64,000 nucleotides of DNA from an uncultured Planctomycetota bacterium (lineage in GTDB: Bacteria; Planctomycetota; Planctomycetia; Isosphaerales; Isosphaeraceae), in contig CAWGMQ010000008.1 of the NCBI GenBank assembly GCA_963823665.1, positions 128,001 through 192,000 on the forward strand, read 5' to 3'. Position numbers and translations under genes: made by a program. Under the pieces are notes generated by a model. That model was not told the DNA's origin. It ran no database searches and saw nothing but the letters and a program-made list of their open reading frames with translations. Positions within the stretch are counted from its first letter, which is position 1; each line of letters starts with the position of its first letter. Below are positions 30,152 to 42,812 of the stretch, piece by piece.

Positions 30152-32852
30152 CTACATTCGCAACGACCGCGCCTCCTTGATCACCGCCATCCCCTCCGTC
30201 AATCGATCCTGTGCCACAAGCGCCTCCCCCAGCAATCGTCCGCTCTCAGCGGCGCCCCATCGAAATTGACACTGCGGACTCGAAGCCAAGCGAAGCGCTT
30301 CGCGGGCGGCTTGTTCCGCCGCCACCGGCTGCGACTCACTCAATAGCAACTCGGCATTCACCGCCAAAAGCTCAATCTGATAGAGCCCCATTCCGCACCG
30401 CCGTGCCAGGTGCAGTCCCTCCTCCGCGGCACTCCGTGCGACAACAGTGTCGTGGCTTCGCATCGCGATGCGAGCGCGAACCAGGTGGTACACGCACAAA
30501 TGTTCGACCGAACCTGAATGTAAGATCCAGGTGGTAGCATCGTCGAGCGATCGCTGCGTGCTCTCAAAATCTCCGAGCCGGCTCGCCGTATCCGCCCGGA
30601 ACAACTGGCCGCGCACACGATCGTCTTCCCACCCGATCAGGCCATAGACCTGTTCGGTCTGCGTGGCTTGCCACGCGTCTAGCGTCCGTCCGAGATAGAT
30701 CAGAAGTTGGACCCGCGGAATCACGCAACCGAGCGCTTCACCCGGCAATTGAGCTGCCCTGCCCATCAAGAAGTGGGCGACCTGGGTGCGCGCGGTATCC
30801 CCCTCTTTCTCGACCTCGTTCAGCCGCCCTTCTAGCAAGCGGATGTCGGCCCGGAAGAACGGCAGGTTGTTCTGTTCGTAGGCGTGGTCGAGCTCCCCCA
30901 GCGCTCGCAGATACCATCCCATCGCCCAGCGGTCGGGACACGGAGAGAACCCGCGCAGGATCCTCAAGCCCCGGGCCATCTCGCCGAGCTTCCACGCAAG
31001 GTGCCGATGCCCGCCCAGAATCTGAAAGTACAATCCTTGTGCTTTCGCCGTTTCTCCTGCTGCGCACGGCGTGCGAGATGGCTTCCTCGACGAGATCCAG
31101 TGACGCTTTTTCCGTAGGCAGGCGCCAGCCCGGCTTTCGGACCAGGCTGATGAGCTGCTCGCCGATCAACTGGTGCCAGAATCCCTGTTCCGAGCTCGTT
31201 GCCAGTTGGGCGAAGTAATCGCGCACCGCGGGGTGTACGCTCACCGAGCCGTCGGCCTCGCGCAATGCCAGATGTCGCAGCACAAGCCCGTCGAGCGCTC
31301 GCTGGAGCGCGCTTGCCTCGAGGGCGGCCAGCGGGCCGCTCGCTTGCCATTTTCGCTGGTACAGCTTGCAAATCTCATGGACGCGCCGGAGCGCAAAGTG
31401 CTTGACGGCAAATCGCTGAACGATTGCGCGTTCTCTCTGAACGGCATGCAACAGGTCCGGGGGCGTCAGATCCTGGGCTCTTGGCTCGACCGGTCCCCAC
31501 CCTTCCTTGAAAAACGCGGCTTCGAGTACCTCGGGCTTCTTCTTGTACGGAAAGAGGGGATGGTTCTGGAAGGATTGGTACAGCTCGATCGCTTGGCGAA
31601 GTTGCTGCTGATCTTGCCATTTCAAGGGGCGCTGTTGTGTTGACACCTCGAAATTGGTCTTGTCGTAGAGCTGGATCACTTCCTCGATCATTGCTTCGGC
31701 GTTTGCCTCGAAGTCATCCCGGAGACTGGCGATCGCCTGCTTGACATTATCTCGGAAAAGCCGGTCCGGTCCTGCGATTGGAGTTTCGACGAGCGCCGCG
31801 GCGACCCCCGCGGACACCGCCTCGCTCACCTCGAGCATCAAGTCGCGCGTGATTACTTTCGATTCGGGCATGAGCGAAAGCTCACCGATCAGTTCGCCCG
31901 TGGTGCGAAAGTGTACCGCCGGGGAACACAGAAACAGCGGTACGATCTGGTCGACGCGCATGCTTCGCTCGAGCAGGCAGAGGCGGCATAAAAGCGCCAG
32001 CTCTTCTGCCGGCAGGTGTTCTTCATAGGCTTTGAGCAACCGAGCCAGCCGCAGCGCCTGCCGGTCGTGTTCCGGAGACGCGAACATGGGCGCCTCCGGC
32101 GCCTTCGCGGGGTCACCTCCCAGGAACTGGCCGATCAGCCCACCCAGGTGATCGAGCGTCAAGGCGTGCGCGCCGTAGGAATCTATCAGAGGCGCAAGCG
32201 CCGCGTCGTCACCGCGCACTCCGTGACGTCTGAGCAGCTCGATCGCCGCGGCACGACTCAACTGCTCAACGTCGACATGCCGGTAGCCTTCTCCGAGCGA
32301 GGAATGAAGATCCGTCAGCGGGAATCGGCTGGTCACCAGCACGACGGTCTGGCCCGTGCGCTCGGCGACGCGAGTCAGGAGGCCTTTGAGCAGGGGATCT
32401 TCGAGCTGTCCGAAAACGCCTCGAGCGTTTCCCTCACCGCGCTGCACGCGTTCCAGTCCGTCGAGCACCAGCAGGTGTGGTCCACCTGTCGCGAGCGCGC
32501 TGCTCAAAAGATGAATCAGCGCGGCCCCTTTGGCAGGCGCCTCCGACCTGGCATCAGGCGTGAAGTAGCGGTGCAGTTCCTGGAGGAAGTACCCGGTGTC
32601 GGGCTCCTGGTAAAAGCTCCACACGAACAGGCCCGTCGGGCGTGGCGAAAGTTTTCCTTCGCGGAGCTCGTCCAGGAATCTTGCCGCGATGGCGGTCTTG
32701 CCTGCTCCACCCAGCCCGACCAGGGCGATCACACCTCGGGCGCCTCCGGTCCATAGCTCCTTGAGCGCGGAAAGCTCGGTATCACGCCCGACGAATTGGG
32801 GGGCTCGCGGTAGTGGATGGACCAGGCGGTGCTCACTGGGGTGCCAGGCCAC
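30152..32852 (-). CDS. STAND-type P-loop NTPase with C-terminal TPR-like repeats (frameshift near 31050)
   Basis: FVGRDTEL, GLGGAGKT, LLVLDGLE, VLVTSR, HALTL, HPAVRDYF; C-terminal helical repeats in ORF 30152-31033. Confidence 0.75.
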
Positions 32853-32865
32853 GGCGTTTCATTCC

Positions 32866-35800
32866 TCAGTAGGTCGTTTCGACCGAGTCACCGGCGATCT
32901 TGGCGAAGCCGGGAGCGTACATGCCCGCCCAACGCGCCGGCGCGACGATTCCCTGGCCCTTCAACCACTGCTCGGCCCGGTCGTGCTGGGCGCGGGAATC
33001 CGGGCCCGCATGAACTTCACCAAGGCGATACCGCAATAGCTGCGCTCGCAGCGGCATCTGGGCCTCGTCGTAGGACGTCGCGGCTCTGAGCAGATATTCG
33101 ATCGCGCGCACCGGGTCTTCCTTACAGGCGGCGATGCCGGAGCGGATATAAAGCGCATGCGCGCTGGCCCACTGGTGCCCTTCCTTTTCGAGCCGGGCCG
33201 CGTCCTCGGCGGCCTGGCGCAGATGGGCGCCGGAGTCGCCCGGCTTCTCGGCCATCGCCAGCGAACAGCGGGCGCGCATCTCGAGCAGGTCGATCCGCGT
33301 CATCCGGATCCGCAAGAGCATCGACCTCTCGTACCGGGGCCAAACCGACTCGAATCGGACGAGCGCCCGGCTGACGTCGCTGCGATATAGATAAAGATGA
33401 ATAAGCGCTTCGAACGCATTCGAGTGTCGAAGGTTGAAGCTGCCGGAGGCGCTCTGTTCGAGCGCGGTTTCAAGCTCGGTTTCGGTTTCGGGCTGTAGGT
33501 TTCCGGCGAGCTTGATCAGGGTCATGTAGAAAGAACTCAGCATGGTGGCCGCGTACCGGTCGCCGCGCTCCTGGGATTCTCGGAACAGGATGGACCAGCG
33601 TGCGTTCAATTCGCGGATTTCCCCCATCTGCACCAAGCTTCGCAGCAAGAAGTTATGAATCGTGTCGCGTTCCCACGTCACGCCCTTGCAGTGGTGGCGG
33701 AAGATGCCTTCGGCTTCTTCGAGCGTGGTGCGCGCCAACTGCCACAGGCCGCGCATGAGTGCGGCGAACCCGCGCACCATTCCGATCATGCCGCGGGCAT
33801 AATGCGAGTCAATCTCGCGAGCGATCCGTTCGGCTTCCTCGAGCAGGCTGGCGACGCGCGTTGCCGCGGGTGTGCCCACCGTGGCGCGGTGTCCGGCTTC
33901 CATCGCCAGGGCTCGGGCAATCCGCAGCGGCTCGCCGGCGCGAAGCGCCAGAAGCAGCCCACGCGTCTGGAAGTCGGCTCCCCGGATCGGCTCCGACATC
34001 GAGAGCCCCGCCACCGCCGACCAGCAAAGATCGATCCGCGCCAGCGTCATCGCCGAGACCTGGCTCTCGTCGCGTTTTCGGAACTTGAGCCCGTGCAGCT
34101 TGAGCAGGAAGCGATGCCAGAAGAGTGACAGCCAAGCTTGGCGCGCTGTGCGCGGCATCGATAGCCCTAGCGGGCCGAGCAGTGTGCGCAGAGCGCCAGG
34201 CCGCCTTCGACCTCGCCGGAGAGAAGAAGCTGCGTCGATGCCAGCCGCTTGAGCTCGAGCGTCTCGGCCGCCGTGGCCGTTTCCGCGGCTTTTGCGTAGA
34301 CCTGGGCCGCCTCTTTGCCTCTCCCCGCGTTGGCGAGCGCGTCTCCGAGCTTGCGCCAGAGCATGCCGGCCTGTGCATGAGTGCCCTGGTGGAGCTCGAG
34401 GGCCACGCGAAAGAGCCGCGCCGAGCGGTCGAACGCGAGCGCGGCTGCGGCCTGGTCGGCGGCCACGGAATAGTATTCAGACGCCCGCGCGGTTTGACCT
34501 GCGCCGCGACAGTGCACGGCGAGGATCTCCGGGTCGACTGACCCAGATGTGATCAGCACAAGCGCCAGGCGCTCGTGGTTCCAGCGAATGGACTCGGCCG
34601 GCAGATGCGCGACAACCGTCTCGCGAATCCGGTCGTGATAGATCTCGACTTCCTCATTGTGAGCTTGCCCCAGGCACCGGATCAGACGAGCCGACCGGAG
34701 TGACGCGAGTGCAACTCGCGCCCCGGCCCCCAAGTCCGAAGCCTGGAAGGCCAGGCTCTGAGTAATCGGCCTGCCCGACACCGCCACCAGACCCAGCAAT
34801 CGCACGGCGTCCTCCGGCTGCCGCTTGATCCGCGTCCAAAGCACCTCGTCGAGGTCAAGTTTGCCGATCGCTTCCCAGCGCTCGATCGGCTCTCCGCTCT
34901 GGATATGCCGCACCAGCTCGTCGATGAACAGCGGGTTTCCGCCTGATTCGGTCGCAACCATGTGCGCCTGCGCAAGCGCGACGGCATCGTCTCGTCCCAG
35001 AAGCGCCAGTGCAAGTTGCCGCGACTCGGCGAGGGACAGCTCCTCGACGGCCAGCTCGCGGTGGTCGAGCCCCTTGGACTCTTTCGGCATCGCCTTGCGA
35101 ATCTCGAGGAGGAACGGGTTTTGGTCGGCATCTTCAGCGCGAAAACAGCCGATAAAGAGCAGGGCCGGCCTCTGGTCCGCGCAGATAAGCTCGGCAAGCA
35201 GGTGGGCACTGTCGACGTCGCCCCACTGGAGGTCGTCGATTGCCAGGATCAACGGCGTTCGCTCGGCCAGTCGTCTCAAGAGCTCGCGGAGCCCGGCGAA
35301 GGTGCGCCGGCGCAGTTCCTGCTGGTCCGGCGTCTCCTCTGGCGGCAGCCGAGCCCCCGCGATCGCTTCGAGGCTCTGAAGCACAGGAAACGCACGCGCA
35401 AGGAAACCGACATCGTCGGGAAGCAGCCGCTCGGCCTGCTCGAGCGGCAGCTCCTTCAAGTACCGCGCCAGGGAGTCGATCAGGCTGTCGAGGGCCTTGT
35501 AAGGAACCGACTCTCTCTCATAGCACCGCCCGGAGAGAACGACCGCTTCCTCGCGCTCGAGGAGCTCGTCGATAAACGACCGAACCAGCGTGGTCTTGCC
35601 GGTGCCTGTCCGGCCGAAAATAAACAGCGAAACCGTCTTCCTCCGATGCAGCGCGGCGAGGCCACCATCCAGGACTTGACGATGCCTGGACCTCCCGATC
35701 AAGGGGAATGCGCGAGCCGGCTCGGGTTGATCGTCTGGCTCGGGAGGCCGTCCGCCCAACAGCGCAATGACGTCTCTCCCACCGGGTCGTCTGGAAGCGT

Positions 35801-37198
35801 CACGGTCGAGCAGAGCGACGCACAGTCGCACCAGGTCAGGCGGCAGTCCGTCAACCAGCGCACCGGGTGACGGGGCCGCCTGCTTCTGCTTGGCCGCGAG
35901 CACCTCATCGGGCGTGCCGGCGAACGGAAGCTGCCCGGTCATGGCTTCGAACAGAATAACGCCGACGCTGTACCAGTCGCTCGCCGTGCTCACCGACTCG
36001 CCGGCGGCCTGCTCCGGCGACATGTGACCCACAGTCCCAACGACCTGCCGCTCTGCACCAATGCTCTCGAGGTCGGCCGTCAAGCCGAAATCGAGCAGCA
36101 CGACCCGCCCCTCGAGCGTGACCAGGACGTTGGGCGGCTTGATGTCCCGATGCAACTTTCCGGCTTTATGCAGCTCGCTCACGCCCAGCGCGAGCTGCGC
36201 CAGCGCTCGCGCAGCGCTGCTCGTCAAAGTGAAAGTTGAAAGTCCTCCGCGCTGGGCTCGGCTCGCCGGCGGCTTGGGCGGGGCGCGCGATCACCGTGGG
36301 CTCGGCATTCCAGCGGGCCGAGGCTTCCGCGGGGCTTCCCCTGACGAAGCTGATGAAATTCGTCCCCTCAACGAGCTCCATGGTGAAGAACCAGCGGTCT
36401 TCGACAGCGACCAGCTCGTAGAGGTTCACCAGGTTGGGATGAGTGATATCGCTGAGCGACCGGAACTCTTGCTTGAAGCGCACAAGGGCGACTGGGTCCA
36501 CCTTTCGCATCGTTTTAAGAGCGACCAGCTCGCCCCGCTGCTGGTCGTACGTTTCGTAGACTACGCCCATCCCGCCGGCGCCCAACCTGCGTACCAGCGT
36601 GAATCGGACCGTGTTCAGCATCGCCCGCAGGCTCTCGGCCTCGGAGTGCAAATGATATGCCTCATCGATGGCGAATGAGAGCTGATCTTCTGTGGGGTTC
36701 ACGGTGGTGGGGATTCGCGTGCTGCGCAGCCCTGTTGGCTCCAGCACCCGTTCGACGGTCACCGCATCAGCCGATGCCGCGCGGCCGCCTTCGCCTTCGA
36801 CCTGCGTGTCGTCCTTCGCCGGTTCTCCCTCCATCGGCTGTGTCGGAGTCTCCGACACGACGTCGCGGGTATTGGAGCTCGCAAGCGCGGCGAGCGCCCC
36901 CAGATTTCTGCGCCGCTGGAAGCGTTCGCCGTCCACGAGCGCGCGAACCATCTCCCCGTTGGCGGCAATTTCGGGGAAGGCCGAGAGATAGACCCGCAGG
37001 GGAAGCTGCGCCGCGGCGTGTCCATCGCTCGTGTTGATCCACGAGCAGAACATCCAGTCGCAGGTCGTCGGAGATCTCGGGGTGGGCCGAGAGAAAAGCG
37101 AACACGTCCGGGCCTGCCGGCTCGCTTGTCCAGAGTTTGGAAAACTCTCGCGCGAGCGACCCTTCTGGTTTGGCCGGGGCTTCGGTTTCCATCGGCAT
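32866..37198 (-). CDS. Ser/Thr kinase - AAA/STAND ATPase - helical repeat protein (frameshifts near 37020, 36220, 34190)
   Basis: LGAGGMGVVY, VALK, HRDIKPPNV, DFGL, GTVGHMSPEQ, GRTGTGKTT, IDDLQWGD, GNPLFIDEL, HDRIRE; ORF pieces join end to end. Confidence 0.82.
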
Positions 37199-37771
37199 AA
37201 TGACGACCCCCTGCCTTACCGGGCCATCATGTCCCGGCAGCCGCATCAGCGGCTTGACCAGATCGGGAGCGTGCGGTCCACCAGAAAACCACTCGTTCGT
37301 GCGCCGATCCAAGCTGAACTCATCTCGTTCGGCGCGAGATGCTCCACGCATACAGTCATTGATCGAAGTCTTGCTGGGAGAAGACGTTCCGGCTCTTCCA
37401 AATTCGAAATACACGCTCGTGCGGATCTCCGCATCCGCCGGAAACGAAGTATAGGATACGATCAGACACCCAGGAGGATCAATTGAGTACCGTTGCACTA
37501 GTTTGCCAGGATGTCCCGGGTCGCATAACTTCACATTCAGTGACAATCCAACGAAATGGACTGAGGCGGTCGTCCAAGACACTGCATCTGCGCAGAGGAA
37601 CGTCGACTATGCCGAAAGAATGAAGCTAACGCCGCTGGCGCTGCTCCTTCTCGTCGCGGCCGCAATCGGCGAAGTAACCCCTTCCTTCCGCGCGAAGAGT
37701 TCGCTATTTAGTACGTAGACGTTATTTCGCGACGAGCCGGAGGTGCGATCGTGTGCGGGCACGAGCTAGCC

Positions 37772-38224
37772 ATGAGTCTGCGGGCTGCGTACCTGGCGAT
37801 GCGTCGGCGCACCGGCGCGGTGCTGGCGCGAACGGGGGTCACCGCCGATCAATTCGTTGTTCTGGCCGCGCTGTCGGAGGACGATGCACTCACGCAGCGC
37901 GAGCTGGTGTCGCGAACATCTTCCGACCCGAACACGGTGCGAGCGATGCTGGTTCTCCTCGAGCGTCGGGGACTGATCAAACGGCGGCCGCACCCGAGTG
38001 ACGGTCGAGCGCGAAGTGTGGCGCTCACGCAAAAAGGGCGAAGCACGTTCCGGCGTCTCTGGCGTGAAAGCGAGCGCTTGCGCCTGGCGCTGGTGACAGC
38101 ACTCTCCCCAGCCGAGGCCGCGGCACTCGTCGATCAATTGCGGAGAATCGCCAAAGCGCTTGAGCCGAATCCGATCGCGCATCCGAAGTTAAGTAGCCGT
38201 TTGCCCGCGCGAGCGACGACCTGA
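37772..38224 (+). CDS. MarR-family transcriptional regulator
   Basis: LTQREL...LERRGLIKRRPHPSDGRARSVALTQKG. Confidence 0.9.
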   Translation: MSLRAAYLAMRRRTGAVLARTGVTADQFVVLAALSEDDALTQRELVSRTSSDPNTVRAMLVLLERRGLIKRRPHPSDGRARSVALTQKGRSTFRRLWRESERLRLALVTALSPAEAAALVDQLRRIAKALEPNPIAHPKLSSRLPARATT

Positions 38225-38282
38225 CGCGTTTGTATCTCAACAGTCATCGATCTGACCCACCCGCTTTCCAGGGAGTTCCCGG

Positions 38283-39458
38283 ATGAAAACTTCGACCTTG
38301 CTCGCGCTGGCGAGCGCCGTCATCTTTTCAGCATGTAAGCCGGCCCACGCCCAGGACCGCCCAGGGGGCGCCCGGCCTCCCGAATTCGTCTCACCCGAGG
38401 TATCGACCGAGAAGAAAATCACGTTCCGCGTGCACGCTCCCAAGGCAGAAAAGATCACACTCGCCAGCAGTGATCTGCCCGGCATCGGCCGGGGAGTCGA
38501 ATTGAAGAAGGCGGAGAACGGCGTCTGGGAAGCGACCACGGGTCCGGTTGCGTCCGGCGCGTACCGCTACAACTTCAACGTGGATGGTCTTGCGGTGATT
38601 GACCCCAGGAACCCGGCAACCAGCGAGTCGAATATGAACACATGGAGTCTCGTCTACGTGTCCGGATCAGAGTCGTTTGACATCAAGGACGTGCCCCACG
38701 GCGCGGTTGCGCAGGTCACCTACCAGTCCAAATCCCTCAAGCGACCCAGGCGCATGCACGTCTACACTCCGCCGGGGTATGAGAAAGGTGAGGGCAAGTA
38801 TCCGGTCTTTTACCTGCTCCACGGCGCTTTTGATTGTGATGCATCCTGGAGCACGGTCGGCCGCGCCGGCTTCATCCTCGACAACTTGATCGCCGCGGGT
38901 AAAGCCAAGCCCATGATCGTGGTCATGCCCATGGGCCACACAGGCGCGTTCCGATTCGGTCCGCCGGGAGAGAACACTCTTGAACGCCAGATGAACGAGT
39001 TTGTCGAGGATTTCACCAAGGACCTGAAGCCTTACGTCGAGTCGAATTATCGCGTCAAAGGTGACCGGGCCAACCGAGCCATCGCCGGCTTGTCGATGGG
39101 CGGAGCCCAAACGCTCAGCATCGCGTTCGGCCAGCTTGGCGATTACGGTTACGTCGGTGTCTATAGCTCGGGAATCTTCGGTATTAGCGGTGGATTCGGC
39201 GGCCGCGAGCCAAGCACGCAATGGGAAGATAGCCACAAGACCACGCTCGACGATGCTGAGCTGAAGAAGGGGCTATCCCTCGTCTGGTTCGGCTGTGGAA
39301 AGGATGACTTCCTGGTTCAAACCTCAAAGGCCACCGTCGACATGCTGAAGAAGCACGGCTTCGACGTCGTTTCCAGGGAGTCTGAAGGTGGTCACACCTG
39401 GATCAACTGGCGCGATTACCTGAACGAATTCACGCCGCTTCTCTTCAGCGGGAAGTGA
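38283..39458 (+). CDS. Secreted esterase (N-terminal Ig-like/CBM48-like domain plus alpha/beta hydrolase)
   Basis: VYTPPGY, YLLHG, IAGLSMGG, GGHTWINWR. Confidence 0.88.
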   Translation: MKTSTLLALASAVIFSACKPAHAQDRPGGARPPEFVSPEVSTEKKITFRVHAPKAEKITLASSDLPGIGRGVELKKAENGVWEATTGPVASGAYRYNFNVDGLAVIDPRNPATSESNMNTWSLVYVSGSESFDIKDVPHGAVAQVTYQSKSLKRPRRMHVYTPPGYEKGEGKYPVFYLLHGAFDCDASWSTVGRAGFILDNLIAAGKAKPMIVVMPMGHTGAFRFGPPGENTLERQMNEFVEDFTKDLKPYVESNYRVKGDRANRAIAGLSMGGAQTLSIAFGQLGDYGYVGVYSSGIFGISGGFGGREPSTQWEDSHKTTLDDAELKKGLSLVWFGCGKDDFLVQTSKATVDMLKKHGFDVVSRESEGGHTWINWRDYLNEFTPLLFSGK

Positions 39459-39464
39459 TGATTC

Positions 39465-41027
39465 TCATCTCGTCACGAGCGACGCCCCGTCGGGCTGCGG
39501 ATGCGCCAGCGCCGCCTGGGCCGCGGCGTGCGCTCGCGTCGAGATCGGCCCTGCGTTGATGCCGAAGAGCACGGTCAAAAAGACACAGACGCTCACGGCG
39601 GCTGCTACCGGCCAGCCGCCCGTGATCTCGAGCGCGCCTTGGGGCTTGCCGAAGTACATCACGACGACGATCCGCAGGTAGTAGTACGCACCTGCCGCCG
39701 CGCTCAACATCCCGATAACTGCGAGCAGGACGAACGCGTTCGAGTCCAACCGGTCTCCTGCGACGAGCAGCGAGCTGAAGAGCTGGAATTTTCCCCAGAA
39801 GCCCGCGAGCGGGGGAATTCCGGCCAGACTCAATAGACAGACTGAGAGCCCCAGCGCCACCCAGGGATGCGTCGATCCGAGACCAGAGAGGTCGTCGACC
39901 TTATCGATTGGCCGGTCCTTGAAGCGAAGCGCCATGAAGCCGCCGAAAAGACCGAGAGTCATGAGGGCGTAGGTCACGAGGTAGAAGAAAATGCTCTCTG
40001 ATCCGTAATACGAACTGCCGGCATGGCGATCGTTCGCAAACGCGGCCGTCACCCCCACCATCATGTACCCGGCGTGCGCGATCGAGGAATAGGCCATCAA
40101 TCGCTTGAGGTCCTCCTGCAAAAGCGCCATGAAATTTCCCAAGATCATCGTCGCGGCCGCGATGATCCACGAGAGAATCACGGCCTTTTGAACGAGCGCC
40201 TCCTCGCCTCCCTTTACGGCAAGCACCGCGGTCAATACCCGAACGAAGGCGACGAAGCCGACGAATTTGGGAATCCACGCCAGCGTCGCGGCAACCACCA
40301 TTGGCGACCCTTGGTATACGTCGGGCGCATAGAAATGGAGCGGCACTGCCGCGACACGAAAGCACAGACCCGCCGTCACAAAGACCACCGCCACCAACGC
40401 GAGCTGCGGATGCGGCAGGTTCGGCAGCCTCTCGAAAAAGTAGCCCAGAGCTTTCAGGTTGCTCACCCCGGTCGTTCCATAGAGGAACGTCAGCCCGTAC
40501 AGCAACAGGCCTGAAGCAAAGATGCTCAGGAAGAAATACTTCATCGCGGCTTCCTGCGTGATCGAGTTGCGCCTGGAGAGATAAAGGATGACGTAGGTGG
40601 GCATGCTCACCAGCTCGAGCCCGACGAACAAGAAAACAATGTCGTTGGCGGCCGCGACGATCATCGAGCCGGCGCACATGATGAGCAGGGCTCCGAAAAA
40701 CTCGCCTGCCCGCTCATCGCTCGGCTCACTGTGCGCCAGTCCCATCAGGATGAGTGCGGAGAATAGCAGCACCGCCCGCGCGTAGAACGACAGGTCGTCG
40801 TTCAGGGCCACTGCGGCGTAGAGATCGGTGTGAGTCCGTCCGAGGGAGAAGAGTGCGACAACTGCCGCCAGCACTGCAAGTACGCTCATCGATGACCAGA
40901 ATCGCCTGGGCCGCGCCATGAACGCCGAAGCCGTCATCATCAAAATCGCGGTCGCGAGCAAGATCAACTCGGGTACGAGCACAAGCGCGGTCTTTTGAAC
41001 GACCGAAAGCGAATAGGCGGAACTCAT
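39465..41027 (-). CDS. nuoN: NADH-quinone oxidoreductase subunit N
   Basis: EAAMKYF, VPLHFYAPDVYQG, KRLMAYSSIAHAGY, SLAGIPPLAGFWGK. Confidence 0.93.
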   Translation of the reverse strand: MSSAYSLSVVQKTALVLVPELILLATAILMMTASAFMARPRRFWSSMSVLAVLAAVVALFSLGRTHTDLYAAVALNDDLSFYARAVLLFSALILMGLAHSEPSDERAGEFFGALLIMCAGSMIVAAANDIVFLFVGLELVSMPTYVILYLSRRNSITQEAAMKYFFLSIFASGLLLYGLTFLYGTTGVSNLKALGYFFERLPNLPHPQLALVAVVFVTAGLCFRVAAVPLHFYAPDVYQGSPMVVAATLAWIPKFVGFVAFVRVLTAVLAVKGGEEALVQKAVILSWIIAAATMILGNFMALLQEDLKRLMAYSSIAHAGYMMVGVTAAFANDRHAGSSYYGSESIFFYLVTYALMTLGLFGGFMALRFKDRPIDKVDDLSGLGSTHPWVALGLSVCLLSLAGIPPLAGFWGKFQLFSSLLVAGDRLDSNAFVLLAVIGMLSAAAGAYYYLRIVVVMYFGKPQGALEITGGWPVAAAVSVCVFLTVLFGINAGPISTRAHAAAQAALAHPQPDGASLVTR

Positions 41028-42777
41028 AAGTGCTTCTCTTGTTCTCTAGTGGGCGACGCTGCTTTGCCGAGCGATGAGGTTGGATTGTTCTGTTCGACAC
41101 GCCGGTCACCCGCATTCGTGGCTCGCGCGGCCTGTAGGCGCGTGCTACACTGGTCGCCGGTTTCGCGATGCGATTGAGGATCTCGCCCGCTCGCCGTTCC
41201 GGCGCATTCTGATTGATCTTCGCCAGCGTCGGCTTCATCTGCTCGAGCACTGGCCGCGGATTGACCCCGATCACCACGATCAAGAACATGAGCGGCGCAA
41301 GCCCGGCGATTTCGTGCGCGCCCACCGGTGGTATCACCGTGTGGCGCAGCGCGCCGGGGCTGATCGCCTCTCCGGGGGCGGCGTGTGGCACCGGCTCCTT
41401 GAGTGGCCCGAATAGCACCTTCCGCACCATCCACAGCAAATAGCACGCACCCAGCACCATGCCCGTCGCCGCGAACACTCCCGCCCGGCGGCTGCTCTCG
41501 AACGCGCCGACCAGGATCGGAAACTCCCCGACAAACCCGTTCAATCCGGGCACGGCCGCCGAGCCGAGCGCCGCCAGGATCAGGAAAAAAGCCAGAATGG
41601 GCATGCGGTTCCACAACCCGCCGATGGCGTTGATGTTGCGCGTATGATACCGCTCGTAAATCATTCCGACGCAAGCGAACAGTGCACCGGTGGTCAGGCC
41701 GTGGTTGAGCATCTGAATCGATGCGCCGTCGAGCGCCGTCGAATTCAGAGCGAAGATCCCGAGCACGATGAACCCCATGTGGCTCACCGAGCTGTAAGCC
41801 ACCAGCCGCTTGATGTCTGTCTGCGCCAGCGCCGCGAGCGCGCCGTAGATGATTCCGATCACCGACAAGGTCGCCAGCAAGGGAAACATTGAAGCCGACG
41901 CAAGCGGCGTCATCGCCAGGTTGAAACGGATCAGCCCGTAGGTTCCGACCTTGAGCAGCACCCCCGCGAGCAAGATCGATCCGGCGGTCGGCGCCTCCAC
42001 GTGAGCGAGCGGGAGCCATGTGTGAAAAGGGAAAAGCGGAACCTTGATCGCGAACCCAGCCAGCAGCAGCAGGAAGATCAGCACCTGTGGGCTGCTCCAC
42101 AGCGAGGCGCTCTTCCACTCGCTCCAGGTGAGGGCAGCCAGCCCGTTCGTCAGCTCGGGAATCGAAAACGTGAGCACGTTTCCTGCCGAGTGATGGTAGT
42201 GCACCACCACCAGAGAAATCACACCGAGCAAGGTCAGCAGGCTCCCGGCCAGCGTGTACAAGAAAAAAGTAACCGCTGCCCGCCGCCGCTGCGGGCCGCC
42301 CCACAGGCCGATCAAGAAGAAAAGCGGAATCAGGGTGAACTCGAAGAAGATGTAAAAGAGCACTACGTCCAGGCTTGAAAACAGACCCAGAAGCCCGGTC
42401 TCGAGCGCCAGCAGAAAAGCGTAATATGGGCCCGGACTCTCCCTGATTGCCGACCACGATGCCCCGATCGACGTGATCAGCAGAATCGAAGTCAGGACGA
42501 AAAGCCAGAGGGAGAGGCCGTCGAGCCCGAGCGCGAATCGTATGTCGGGCCTACCCAGCCACTCGAGCCCCAAGTGGCTGCCTCGCAAAAATGCGAACTG
42601 GGGGGCGCTCACCTCCGAGTCGAAGGCCCAGAGCAAGATCAGGCTGAAGAAGAGCGTTACGAGGGCCGTTGCAAGCGCGATCGCCCTGGCCGTCTGGAAT
42701 TCCAGTTTGGGCAGCAACACAAGAAGCAAGCTGCCCAGAAACGGAAGCAAGACCGTGATCAAGAGCAATGTCGCCAT
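41024..42777 (-). CDS. nuoM: NADH-quinone oxidoreductase subunit M (probable 3' frameshift)
   Basis: FEFTLIP, FAIKVPLFPFHTWLPLAHVEAPT, KRLVAYSSVSHMG. Confidence 0.92.
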
Positions 42778-42812
42778 TCAACCAATCCTCGAAGATCTAG
42801 CCGCCCAGAGTA

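Noticed and set aside
32866..37198. Second DGR target in the other kinase gene
   Set aside because: I found no CLec/FGE motifs or TR-like sequence in it, and no second VR by eye in the window.
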